A stretch of 64,000 nucleotides of DNA, from the NCBI GenBank assembly GCA_032718475.1, contig JAUCBJ010007585.1:31265-95264 (forward strand). The letters run 5' to 3'. This document shows, one piece after another, positions 11,342 through 23,914 of the stretch; within the stretch, counting starts at the first letter, position 1, and every line of letters begins with the position of its first letter. The stretch is from Nemertoderma westbladi. Its lineage: Eukaryota > Animalia > Xenacoelomorpha. Made by a program: the position numbers and the translations under genes. Below the pieces are notes generated by a model, which was given only the letters and a program-made list of their open reading frames with translations, made no database searches and had not been told where the DNA came from.

Positions 11342-13350
11342 ATGGCTGCGAAGCAAAATGTGGTATCAAATGATGGTGTAGGATTGGATTATCAATTTTC
11401 TAGAATGAAAATGATGTATTCGTGCTTAGATATAAATTGTATACCTAAATTACAAGAGATCGAATATAAATTAACACTGTTCAACAAAAATTATACAACC
11501 TTGCTAACGTGTATTGTAGAAAAAAGCAATTCACTGTGGATCGCCGACATGACTAGGGAGGCAAAACTGAATAAATTACATAAAACAATGGAGATGATGT
11601 TAAAAAATCAAATTGATACATTACAGGAACATATTAATTGTTACCTTTTTTCCACTCTTCTACCCAGTGAGCAGATAAACCGCTTACAAACATTATATAA
11701 CTTAGGCAGTAAACTCGATAACTTCATCGAAATATGGAGAAGTTGACATTTAGAAGGAGGGGCTGGTCTATACAGTTTTGATGGAAAATATTATTATATT
11801 TTACCTGTAAAGAGTCTATCATCCATCGCAGCCCTCCCTATACCACTAGACCAGCCACAAACATTCCATATATGCTCCAGGAAGGACAGCAAACCCTCCA
11901 GTGCCACTCCATTCCATATGATATGATTCTTATGCAAACACCAGAAATGCACCAAACTCATTTCATTATATGCAACCAGGATCGCTTCAAACTCAACATG
12001 TGCAACCGGGACTGGAACAAAGTCCAACATTCCACCAGCTACTATTAATCTCTGGCACTGAACAACCTGGACCATCTCAAATGGACCATATGCAACTGGA
12101 ATTTCTTCAAACTCAACATATGCAACAGGGAGTGGAACAAAGTCAAACATTCCACCAGCTACCTTTAATCCCTGGCACTAAACAACCTGGACCATCTCAA
12201 AGGGACCATATGCAACTGGAATTTCTTCAAACTTAACATATGCAACCGGGGGCGGTACAAAGTCAAAAATTCCACCAGCCACCATTATTTCAAGGTACTA
12301 AACAACCTGGACCATCTCAAAGGGACCATATGCCACTGGAATTTCTTCAAACTCAACATAAGCAACCGGTAGTGGAACAGAGTCCAACATTCCACAAGCC
12401 ACCATTAATCCCCAGTACTATGCAACCTGGACATAATATTCAGCAATTGTCCGAAAAGTTTTCAAACAGTTTGTTATTAACTCCTCGGGAAGACCTTGGA
12501 AATGCAAGACTAAAGCATACACAGGTTGACCGTAACGTACAGCAATTAGCAACTACATCGGAAGTGAGATGCATTTTGAAAGAGGACGAAACATACTCTG
12601 GTCGGTGTGAATAATATATTGATGTTGAACAAAAATTTGGGTATATAGAATCTACAAAAATAAGTAAAACAATTGTATGTTTTAAAACATCAAATCTCCA
12701 TAGCAATGGATACCGGATGAGTTTGAAACCGCGCGATGGTGTTATTTTTCAGTGCAAACCTACAACGAACTATAGAAATATATTATAAAGTTACACGGGT
12801 TAGTGTTGAAGGAAAGGATGCCTGTTGCTCAGGTCGAATCTATGATAAATCTATCCTAGAGGAGGACACAACTTATGAAGGTTTTTGTATATTCTATTCT
12901 GAAATAAATAGACATGGGTATATAACTCCAATAGATGAAAACAAAAAAGAACTTTGCGACTGCCGCACTATATCATTTTTTCAAAATAAAACACATATTG
13001 ATAGGTGTCGCTGTGAATGGCATATAAAAGGCAGACATATTCTATTCGAGTATAAATATAATAATACTGGAAAAAGATCTGCCACCTGTGTCACCACCAG
13101 TGATACCTCATGTGAGGTAGCTCGAAATATTAACATGTATCATAAAAATGCTGGAAAAAATCATGAACAAGGGACTGTGATTAGTAGGGGCGAGTGCAAT
13201 TCTTGTTACAACATATATGTTCATTGCAAAAAGACCAAACTTTATAATGAGCTAGTAGAGGTGGACAATGGAAGGCATCCCGTTAACTTTCAGTTTCAAT
13301 ATGAAGTAGCGGTAAATGAAGGGGTTGCAACATGGATGAAATTTATTTGA
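11342..13350 (+). pseudogene. Disrupted paralog of the ORF at 23915-26842 (Q/P-rich repeats plus cold-shock-like domains)
   Basis: Collinear with 23915-26842 from start to the identical C-terminus (GVATWMKFI); stops at 11744, 12234 and 12612, frameshifts, ~4 instead of ~8 repeats, and an internal deletion at ~13180. Confidence 0.9.
11960..12435 (+). repeat. ~4 copies of the 120-bp coding tandem repeat
   Basis: CTTCAAACTCAACAT-like anchors recur every 120 bp (~11984, 12104, 12224, 12344). Confidence 0.9.
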
Positions 13351-14159
13351 TTAGATAATTAGATAGATATAGGCCCAGTTGTAATTTCATTGTCATAAAT
13401 AAATTTCATTGTGATAAATATTTAATATGTGTCATGTGATTGTTTATGGCAAATAATATGGTAACAGTGTTTGTCCCACAACATTCCACCTAAATTAAGA
13501 ATATGTTCCGATTTTGAACCTGACTAGTAACCGTTGCTATTATAAAAATTAGTATTGTATAAAATATGCCATTGCTACGGATATCTTGTTACTATTCTAT
13601 TAAAATTGGCAATTGTATGAAAAAAAAACGCAAACGCTAAATAAAGTTAATACTGTAAAAAACCCAATGTTCTTATGAAAAACCCCGGTTGCTATGATAA
13701 GCTTTCGTTACTAAGAACATTGAAGTCAATTCAAATATATTTTTGTAATGTTTAAAGTACTGAAGGTGCGATATACAGATAAGTGGCCAAACTAGAGTCA
13801 TTTTTTCGTATAAAATAAAGTTTCTCAAAACCCAACAACATATGATATATATTCTGAAAGCTCAGAGTCTGTAGAATTCAGTGAGAGTATTGCCGACCTT
13901 AAATATGATCTGTAAAAAAATATACTGCTTCTCCATTCCAGTCCACTTTCTGTAACCATTACTTTAATACATATTATATGATACAGTAAATTCATGGTAC
14001 GACTGACACTACCAAACACACATTAAATGCAGCGTATGAACTTTATGCATCAAATGAAAGCATTTTCAAGGACGATTTCAGAACTTTATTATTTTATCTA
14101 GGTACCAAATTATATGCGATTCTATCAGCTTTAACATTGGTTACAGGTGGGGACAGTTT

Positions 14160-15757
14160 ATGGTTTTCCCTGGCCTCCCAGCAGTATGGGGCTCTGTAGG
14201 ATACTGAGAAGAAAACAGGCCTTGCGGGAGTGAAGGGGTCACTGCAGGCCCTCCAGTACCCACACCTCTATAGTACAGGTCGTATGCAAAATTGGGCATT
14301 AGAAAATGGCTGTAAATAGTCCCTTAAACGTCCATCCAGACTGGTTACCATTGGCGAGTTTGGGTGCCTTGGGGGTTGGGTTGGAGTTGTGGAGGTTCTC
14401 CACCCGACCACCAAACACAGAGAAGATCCCAAAATGGTACCGCAGTAATATTTGCCCCAGAATCGGGGAGAAACTGGAGCTCCTCCACGCCGTAGTTGCG
14501 GTTCTTGGAGACTTGGAAGCCCTGGGTTAAAGTTTCCAGTTGCTCCAGTTCCTCCATAGAGGAGACCATGGGGCAGTCGTCCAGTTCTGGACCAGAGAAG
14601 ATTGACCAGACTTGAGCATTGTATGTGGTTGGAGTCTGGAATACCATGTTCCTTGGGGCCATTGGCGGCGTGGGCCTGGGACGCGCAATGTTGCTGTTTA
14701 TTGCGGCACATTCAGTCGTAATGTCTGAGTTTATTGCAGTGCCTGCAACGTGCATTAGTTCCAGGGCAAGTTTCCCTGGAAGCATGGACTGGGTATCCAC
14801 ACTGGGGGCACATAGGCGTCTTGGGTGTGTGTGTGGGGGGGGGGGGGGGGGGGGGTTGTTAGGGCGAAGGTTGGGTGTGGTGGATGCCCATGCGGATGTG
14901 GGCATCACAAGATATGTCGCCGGATAATGCTGCCGTGTTCAAAGAGATGGAGGCGGTATCTTTTCTGGCCGTCCACACTGCCTGCGCCATAGTAAGGGCG
15001 TCATTTAGGGAGCTGTACAAGGGCAGGCGGAGGAGGTGTTCCATTACCTCCTTATCAGTAAACCCAACTGATAACCCAGTTGAACTGGTCGAGGAGTCAA
15101 TCAGTTAAATGCACATCGGCTGTCGGGAGTGCCTCGAAGGAGCACTTAGTGGCGATATTGCGCAAATTAACGAGAAAAGTCTCGGGAGTTTCCTCTGGAA
15201 GGCGAATGGTGGGTGAACGCCTTTATTCCCCCCCCCTATCGATATGGATGCTGAGTTTCTGTATAACGACATTCGCGTTGGCGTTCTCGACAGAGGAGAG
15301 AGTGAGTCCTTTGACTACGGCATTGGTTGCCCAGGAGAATGCAGTTGTTAGGGCGGCGCGTATCTGCGTAAGGCGGAAGAATGTCTCGGATAGATCCAGG
15401 ATCTGGTGGGTTGGCGGAATCTGCCAAATGTAGATTGTCCACTGTCCAGTCCGGATGTAATTAGGAAAGCCTCCCATTCGTCCTTCCAGAGTTCCCAGGT
15501 AGAACGTTCGGTATCAAGGTCGAATGGAGTTGGGTTGCTGCGGAGCACAAACTTGCGTGGATCACGAGCATCATTGTTAGCGCCGGTAGACATTACAGAA
15601 CGCATGCATGAAGCAATCTGGGTTGGGTTAACCGATCGTAAGTAGGTAAACCATAAACTGCACCATGACTGATAATGAATGTGTAATGATATAAACTAAG
15701 GAAAAACCAAACTGAAAGTAGTTAGAGAGTCAGTGTATACTACTCAACTATTACACA
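14160..15757 (-). mobile_element. Truncated degenerate Gypsy element (partial 5' LTR, PBS, gag, protease)
   Basis: PBS TGGTGCAG at ~15659-15666; gag start with PTPFDL...WELWKDEWEAFL; protease FLPDSGANITAV; no RT seen. Ends approximate. Confidence 0.75.
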
Positions 15758-17976
15758 TTTCACCTTCTAAAGGTAGACTTGAGAACCGCAGATGGATTAG
15801 TCTCCCTTAAAATATACAGCTGATTGTCTTCCATTTATATATCCTCCAAGTTTCATCATAAACGGATAAAAAGCAAAGGAATTGAAGGACATTTCATGAT
15901 TAGACATGTATCCTGACAGATGAAATGTTATTGTTCTTGTAGACCTTACGATGATATGTGGATGTGGACTGATTACTGTAGTAATTACGATTATTAAAAC
16001 ATTGTAATTTACCTATTTAAGAATATTAGAGCATAAGTGATGAAAAATATATTTTCTCTTAAATATAGTAATGAAATTTAATAATGAAAACAACTAAGTA
16101 ATATGAAAATTACCTTTGTAACAAATCTGACAAGTTGCCATGGCATCTAGAAACTAAAACATATTGCATATATATACTTATTATTGATATAGTGGGGGTG
16201 GAGATTATTTTAACCCTTTAAACCCGGGGGGTCAAATTGACCCACCCCCAAATTTAGAAATTTCAAACTTGTTTTTTTCGGCTTTTTCGGATTTTATTGT
16301 GTCACCCTGTTTCTTGCGTTATACGGGTTTAGGATGCTTCTGAATTCAATGGAATAAGTAAAAATTGTATAGTTTTCAAACTTGTATTTTTCACAGGGGG
16401 TTTAAATTGTTGTGGCAGCACCAAATTTTTAAAAATAAGCCAATTGATCAATAGATTGTATCATCTTGTTTCTTGCGTTATACGGGTTTATGAGCGTCCT
16501 GAATCCGTTGGAATGAATAAAAACAGCACTGGACAATGGACATATCAACATATCAAACCTGTACTTTTTGGTGCTAGCACCAACATTTGCCTTATTAGGC
16601 CTACTCCGAAAAATAAGAGTAAAAAATTATAAATGTATTGCATTATAATCAGCGCCCCAGAAAACCTGAAAATGTGAATTTATAGCATCGGATAAGTCAA
16701 TTATAATTTTTGTGTTTAAACTGAAAAGTGCTGGTTACTTGTTTTTTTTTTTTCATTTTTTACCAACGTAGAGGACTACAACTGCCATTTCTAGTAATCA
16801 GATCATATCTAAATACTTTTCAATAAGCGCCACAGCGCTTAATGGCGCCATAGAAAACCTGTATTTAAATATGATTTGCTGCAAATTATAACTTTAAAAT
16901 TTTTCGAAAATTGTTCACAACTTGAAATTTTGGTGCTCAAAAGAACCACCGCAGTAAATAATCCGGGGTAATAATACGGGGTCATAGGCTGGAACCTCTA
17001 CTGTTAGTCTACTTTAAGATAGTATGAGTGGGAACGCGTGGTAACAATGACAAACTAAAACTACTATATGATATTAAATTATTATAATATCTAAGGAAAC
17101 AAATAAATTATTTAAAATTAGTTTAGCTTATTGAGATAACAATACGTAAAGGTAATTTATTCGTAGTGTAGCAGCTAATAAATATATTCAACATTCCAAC
17201 AGAAGAATTATTTAGTATCTACAGTATACAATGTAACTATGTTTCACTGTTACACTGCAGAACTTGGGCTGGATGTTTAGATGCAGTATGAACTAGGGTA
17301 GTTTAATCTAGGGTAGTTCTATCTAGACATCTCACTTCGCGAGTAAGAAATAATGATATGCTTAGCCAATTCCAACATAGTACTATCTAAAGTACGAACT
17401 ACCCCGGTAAAATAGACTTTTGTGGACTAGTTAATTAATTGATGTATCACCCCCACGCCTTCCCACTAAGTTGCCTAAAAAACATTTGAAATTTGAAAAT
17501 TTGAAATAAAAATTCCCCGACCAGCTAGCTAATGAGTCATTGAATCTTGATTTCCGCTTTCCATTATTTTTCTGCTAAAAGCGTTTAACAGAGAAAGTCT
17601 CGGTCAGCCCGTTGATATTATTATTACACCAGCCAAACCGCAGTTCTTTCTAGTCTGTATTGGATTTGTTGTTTCCGATGGAAAGGTGGACTAACAACTA
17701 AATAAATATGAATTTGGTTGAAAAATCGTTGAAATATTGGCGTTAGAAAGTTGCGTGTTTGGCATGGATGTGCGCAAGATTTTTCGCATTTATTAAATAT
17801 ATCAAACATTCTATAATATATCTATAATATTTACGGTATTCTAGAATGTTTGTAAGTATATAGGCTCGGTCAGAAGGAATGGGCGCATTTGCGAATGGTA
17901 TATACTTGGAAACTTACAGACACTGTCAGATAGGTTGCACTCTGTTTACTTTCACTTTCTTACCATTATTGCAATC

Positions 17977-18645
17977 ACCAGAATTTTTATTTTTGCTTTT
18001 ATTATTTTAGCTACAAGCGTTTGAAAAAAGTGTCTCCAGCGATATTGCTCCAATTACAGCGCAGTTATTCGTCAACCTTATAGTGATTTGTTGCTACTAG
18101 TGGAAAGCTGGCCATATGCAAGGATTTCAAATATGTAAAAATATTTGAATTTGGTTTGGAAATATCTGAGAAATGAGCATTCGAATGTTGCATGTATTTA
18201 CTTCCACTGCAGGCCATTTATTCTATTTAATAAATGCATAACATTCTGGAACATTGTGTTTATCTCATAAGTAGCTTGGCAACAATGCAATGCCTACATG
18301 ATAAATACTAGTATATGGAAATTCCTAGTAGTAGTACATCCATAAGCGAAATGTTCTAGAACATAGTGTATTTATTATATAGAATAAATGGCCTGTAGTG
18401 GAAGTAAATACATGCAACATTCGAATGCCCATATCTCAGCTATTTCCCAACCAAGTTCAAATATTTTTATATATTTGGAATCCTTGCATGGCCAGCTTTC
18501 CACTAATACCAAGGTTGAATGAACTGAATGAATGAATGAACTATAAGGTTGAAGAATAACTACGGTGTAACTGGTGTAATATCGCTGTAGACACTTTTTT
18601 CAAACACGTGTAGCTAAAGAATAAAAGCAAAAATAAAAATTCTGG
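17977..18645. repeat. Imperfect palindrome with ~270-bp arms (foldback/MITE-like)
   Basis: Left arm CCAGAATTTTTATTTTTGCTTTT...CATTCTGGAACATT is the reverse complement of AATGTTCTAGAACAT...AAAAGCAAAAATAAAAATTCTGG; repeated at ~56497-57145. Confidence 0.85.
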
Positions 18646-19797
18646 CTCACCCAGGAAGGAGGAGGGAGGTGAAACTCTGTATGTTTCAAATTTCATGCAA
18701 TCTCATAAATATTTGTACTGAATAACGACACTATATTCCAGGACATGGAGTAGTTTTTGTGACTTACAATTATATTGGAAAGGAACCCCATTCTGTTCAC
18801 ATAGGCATATAGGAGGGATGACCCGTAATATATTGTCATTTTCTGATGACACGGACCACCACCCCCCCCCCCCCCCAGATTTTTCTAGAAATCTTTATCA
18901 TATTGCAGGAAATTTGAAATTTGAAATTTATAAGCGTTTTATAAAAGTGTCTTTTGCGAAATCGCACCCTCCGTATCTCCACATTAGTCGTAATTTTTTC
19001 ATATCATTAAAAAGGGAACAGTTCCGCCAGTTCCAACAATTTCGTTGTTTTTTGTCAACAAATTTTCAAGCTTTTTTGTCAGTTTTTTTTATAAATGTTC
19101 TAGAAAGTACATTGAGTGTTCTAAAACTTTGAATAAAAGTTCTAGAACATTTTAATTATTAATTTTCGAGAATATTATTTTCTTTAAAAAAGAAAATTAT
19201 TTAAAAAATTGTTAAATTTTATTATTTTTTATGCTATGTTGCCTGTTTTTTTTTCTATTGATAAGAGTTCTAGAACATTATTAAATGTTCTAGACCATGT
19301 ACCAAATTAAAAAATAAATAATAGAAATATACGATGAACGTTCCAGTTGCGACAAATGTAACGAATACGCCGACAAATTCGCGTCAAAGGTGATCGGATA
19401 TCTCTGGCGACGCCAGATTCGTAATTAATGAAAGTACACATTTTAAACTTGAACTTGAATTGAACTGAATTTGAACACATTTTAGTACAAAATGAAAATG
19501 TTGGCACGGGCGGAACTCTAGCCATTAAAAAGCTTGCGTTGCAAGGATTCCAAATATGTAACAATATCTGGATTTCGTTGAGAAGCAGCTGAGATAAAGG
19601 CGTTCAAAGATGGTAAGAATTATCGTTAGCTGTAGGCCATTTATTCTATCTAATAAATACAACAAAATTCTAGAATGTGTTATTTATTTTATAAGTTGGA
19701 AGGCAACAGCGGTATTCCTATCCAATATATATATTGCATAGCTATTCATACAAAATGTTCCAGAACATCTTGTATTTATTAAATATACTAAATGGCC

Positions 19798-19866
19798 TCG
19801 GTGCGAAAGTGTGGACGTTCAATAAATACATCCCGTATTTATTGAACGTCCACACTTTCGCACCGA
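19798..19866. repeat. Perfect 32-bp inverted repeat with 5-nt loop
   Basis: TCGGTGCGAAAGTGTGGACGTTCAATAAATAC-atccc-GTATTTATTGAACGTCCACACTTTCGCACCGA. Confidence 0.95.
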
Positions 19867-21173
19867 CGGGCAATAGTACTGAAACACGCTAATTTGCCAA
19901 CAGTCACCGGTTTTACTTGCATATAGGGAGAACTTAACTCACGTACGTTGGGGTCTATGAAACAGCATAAACTCATACAAACATCTGTTATTTGAACTAT
20001 GCAATTGTGGATAGTAAACCCCTCCGCTTACCTCAATGATCATGAAAACCAAGAGATCTACCGGTTATTCGTTAGTATTCTCCAACTATTAACATGAATC
20101 CATATGATATAATGACAACAGATTATAACAGCATAAATCAGTATAAAAATGCGGTGTTGCGGAAATATCAGACAGTCAGTATGCGTTGCAGTGAGTATTG
20201 AAGGACGGTTAAATGAATGCAAAAGTAAACGTCTAATAGATTTGCGTTCTGTAATCTTTCTAGCCACTGGTGTTTAAAGAAGAACGTAAACAAAGATAAT
20301 AATAATATCCAATGGCTAGTGATTTCGTAATTTGAGCATCTGAGTTTTTGTAGGAATGTAGGGGAAAGTGTTATACTGAGAATAAACGCTGGAGGGAGTA
20401 AGTTTACATCAGTTCATAAAATACAAAGTTCTTGAGAGTTTTCAAGGGTTTAGAGTACCCAGCGCATTGTGTAAAATGGGGACATTTTGGCCGCAAAAGC
20501 TTTAACACCACTCCCAGAAAATGGGACTTAGGTCTATAAAATATACATAGATTCACAATTTCTTAATATAATAACTACTCTAAACAATCAATCTTTCTTT
20601 CTAGAACGATGTTTACGGAGTTTCTTGAACTTTTGAGCGGTGGTTGTCTTCTTTCCGGCGCTACGAGCCACTTTACTCGGAGGACTATAACTCCTCGGGG
20701 AAGGGTGCAATATATTTGCATCACTTTTGGGACTCAGAACTTTTGGGCGGTGGTTGTCTTCTTCCCGGCGCTACGAGCCACTCGGTGGACTCGGCTACTT
20801 ACTCGGAGGACTATAACTCCTCGGGGAAGGGTTGGGTTTGCGGTCGGTATATCCGCCAGTCGAGGTACCTGGTTGGTCGATGTCCATAGAGGCTGCGCTT
20901 CACTCCTGGGACGGTGTTTCGGTATCAACACGTCTACCAGAGGGTCGAAGGGGTTGAGGTCGTACGATCTTTAGCGCTCGTCTCAAGACCGCAGCTTGGA
21001 CAGGTCCTGCCTTAGTCGTTTGTACGACTGCCGTTGGTAGGCCGTGGGTTATTAGGAACTTCCGAGATTTCACAGTTTTGACTAATAATTAATTGACTAA
21101 CGACTTTCATGGCCAGCTTTCCACTAATACCAACAAATCACTATAAGGTTGAAGAATAACTGCGGTGTAACTG

Positions 21174-22166
21174 TAGTCGAGTCAATCTAACAAAAAACCC
21201 ATAAGTATTTCGCAATCAATCCGAACCACATATTTTGGATTCTATATTACCTTATTAATGACCAAAAAAAAGTCTACAAAATTTTATTTTGCGGATCATA
21301 TGTTTATTCATAGAAATTCTACGTAAATTTGCATAACACAAGCCAAACAAAAGGAACAGTAGGGAAAAGTAAGTAGCAAATTAGTGATGTTCCAGAATAA
21401 TTTAATTAATTTCACAATAAGCTGTGATTCAATGGGAAATTAGTAATATTTACACTGGCGTGTTACACATTAATTGTATATCTCGGAAACTAGAAGTCGC
21501 ATCAAATTTTTAAATATATCAAAAACTTCACGATATATTGAGCTAACTGTTGTAAAAAAATTATACAATTCCACTGCAAGGAAATTTCATAATTTCCATT
21601 AATGTTAGTGAAGATTTTTCACATACTTAAATTATGATTGCTCTATTGATTTTAGGTGTAATTTATTTATTTGTTTTAGTATGAAAACAACAATAGTCTA
21701 TCATATTACAAATAAATTTTTTGGGGATAAGGGTTTTTGAGGTCGATAAATCCGATGAGCGAGGTTACGTCCACCCGTTTAGTAGAGAAGTTGTGTAAAT
21801 AAGCTCTCTGTATTGTACCAGCAAAATTGGTATTAAAAATGGTTAAATTATTACACAAATTTCCGTTGCTCTGGAAACTAAATTGGTAACTATATAGAAG
21901 TGCATACTTCTGTCAATCGATAGTCATTAGAGTAAAGTTGGTCTGTACCAAATTTTGAGAAAATCCCACCAATAGACCCCTTGTTGGTATGTAAAATCCA
22001 TGTTGCTAAGGAAAGAAACAGGAAATTGAAGGAGATCCGCATATATATTTTTATAGACTTTTTTGGGGGTATTAACAAGGCAATGTAGAATAAAAAAAAA
22101 ATGGTTTGGATGAATTGCGAATTTGTTATGGGTTGACCCCCTTTTTCGGCTAGATTGACTCGCCTA
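21174..22166. mobile_element. Non-autonomous TIR DNA transposon (993 bp), TAG...CTA ends, 3-bp TSD CTG (Academ- or Harbinger-like)
   Basis: Imperfect TIRs TAGTCGAGTCAATCTA / TAGATTGACTCGCCTA; the empty site GGTGTAACTGGTGTAATATCGC is present at ~18564 and ~57064. Confidence 0.85.
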
Positions 22167-23914
22167 CTGGTGTAATATCGCTGAAGACACTTTTTTCAAA
22201 CACTTGTAGCTAAAGAATAAAAGCAAAAATAATAATTCTGGCTCACCCAGGAAGGAGGAGGGAGGTGAAACTCTCTATGTTTCAAATTTCATGCAATCTC
22301 ATAAATATTTGTACTGAATAACGACACTATATTCCAGGACATGGAGTAGTTTTTGTGACTTACAATTATATGAGAAAGTAAACCCATTCTCTTCACATAG
22401 GCATATAGGAGGGAGGCCCCATGTATATAACATACATGGATACATACATACATTCATTTTCTGATGACACCCCCCCCCCCCCCCCAGATTTTTCTAGAAA
22501 TCTTCATCATATTGCAAGAAATTTGAAACACAACTATTTCCACTCACCGTCGATGACCCCATGAAGCCGGAATTTTCAATTTTGCCTTGAAAGTTTTTTA
22601 TAAGCGTTTTATAAAAGTGTCTTTTGCGAAATCGCACACTCCCTATCTCCACATTTGTCGTAATTTTTTCATATCATTAAAAAGGGAACAGTTCCGCGCG
22701 TTCCAACAATTTCGTTGTTTTTTTTCAACAAATTTTCGAAGCATTCTGTCAGTTTTTTTATAAATGTTCTAGAAAGTACATTCAGTGTTCTAGAACTTTG
22801 AATAAAAGTTCTAGAACATTTTAATTATTAATTTTCGAGAATATTATTTTCTTTAAAAAAGAAAATTATTTAAAAAATTGTTAAATTTTATTATTTTTTA
22901 TGCTATGTTGCCTGTTTTTTTTTCTATTGATAAGAGTTCTAGAACATTATTAAATGTTCTAGACCATGTACCAAATTAAAAAATAAATAATATAAATATA
23001 CGATGAACGTTCCAGTTGCGACAAATGTAACGAATACGCCGACAAATTCGCGTCAAAGGTGATCGGATATCTCTGGCGACGCCAGATTCGTAATTAATGA
23101 AAGAATGCCTTCATGGAATTTATACACTCAATTAAAGTACAATACAAATTTGAAAAATAACAATAAGTTGTTTTTAAAAATAAATAAAATTACGTATATA
23201 ACTCAGAAACCAAATAAAAAATAATAGCTATAGATATAAATTCCTAGCTATAATTATAAATTATTACTTTGAGTACATAAAATTACTAGATATATATGTT
23301 AATTATACAAAAAAGTGTTAAAAAAACAAAAAATATAATTTTTTAATAATGTTCTAGAACAAAAAATAATATGTTCTAGAACATTATTTAACAAAAAATA
23401 ATTCGAAATATCCTACAATAATTCACACTAACATTACAAAGTAGTAGCAGTAAATTATACACATTTTAGTGCAAAATGAAAATGTTGGCACGGGCGGAAC
23501 TATAGCCATTAAAAAGTCATATTCAATATATCGATTACGTAGCTATTCATACATAAACAAAATGTTCCAGAACATTGTGTATTTATTAAATATAATAAAT
23601 GGCCTTCAACGAACAATACTTCTTGCAATCTTTGAACGCCTATCTCAGCTGTTTCTCAACGAAATTCAAATATTGTTACATATTTGGACTCCTTGCAACG
23701 CAACCTTTTTAATGATATGAAAAAATTACGACTAATATGAAGAATGTCCACGATATGGAGGGTGCAATAAAGCGATAAGAGAATAGCTTATCGCTTACCT
23801 CTGATCGCTTGTCGCTTATCTCTTATGTCTCAATTGTGAACCTAACCAATAACCAACCAACTAACCAATACTGTACTTACCATGTACCTGTAATCTGATG
23901 CCTCTTATCATAAA

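Larger units (their letters stand above)
15812..20180. repeat. Copy A of a non-coding composite block, also at 54849-59635 and partly at 21108-23765
   Basis: Long near-identical stretches, e.g. ~17000-18650 vs ~55520-57150, ~19085-19795 vs ~57340-58045, ~19870-20180 vs ~59323-59633. Confidence 0.9.

Noticed and set aside
17624-19564. Short ORFs conserved between block copies (17624..17809 vs 56143..56328; 19307..19564 vs 57564..57821)
   Set aside because: Recent DNA duplication explains the conservation; no protein motifs.
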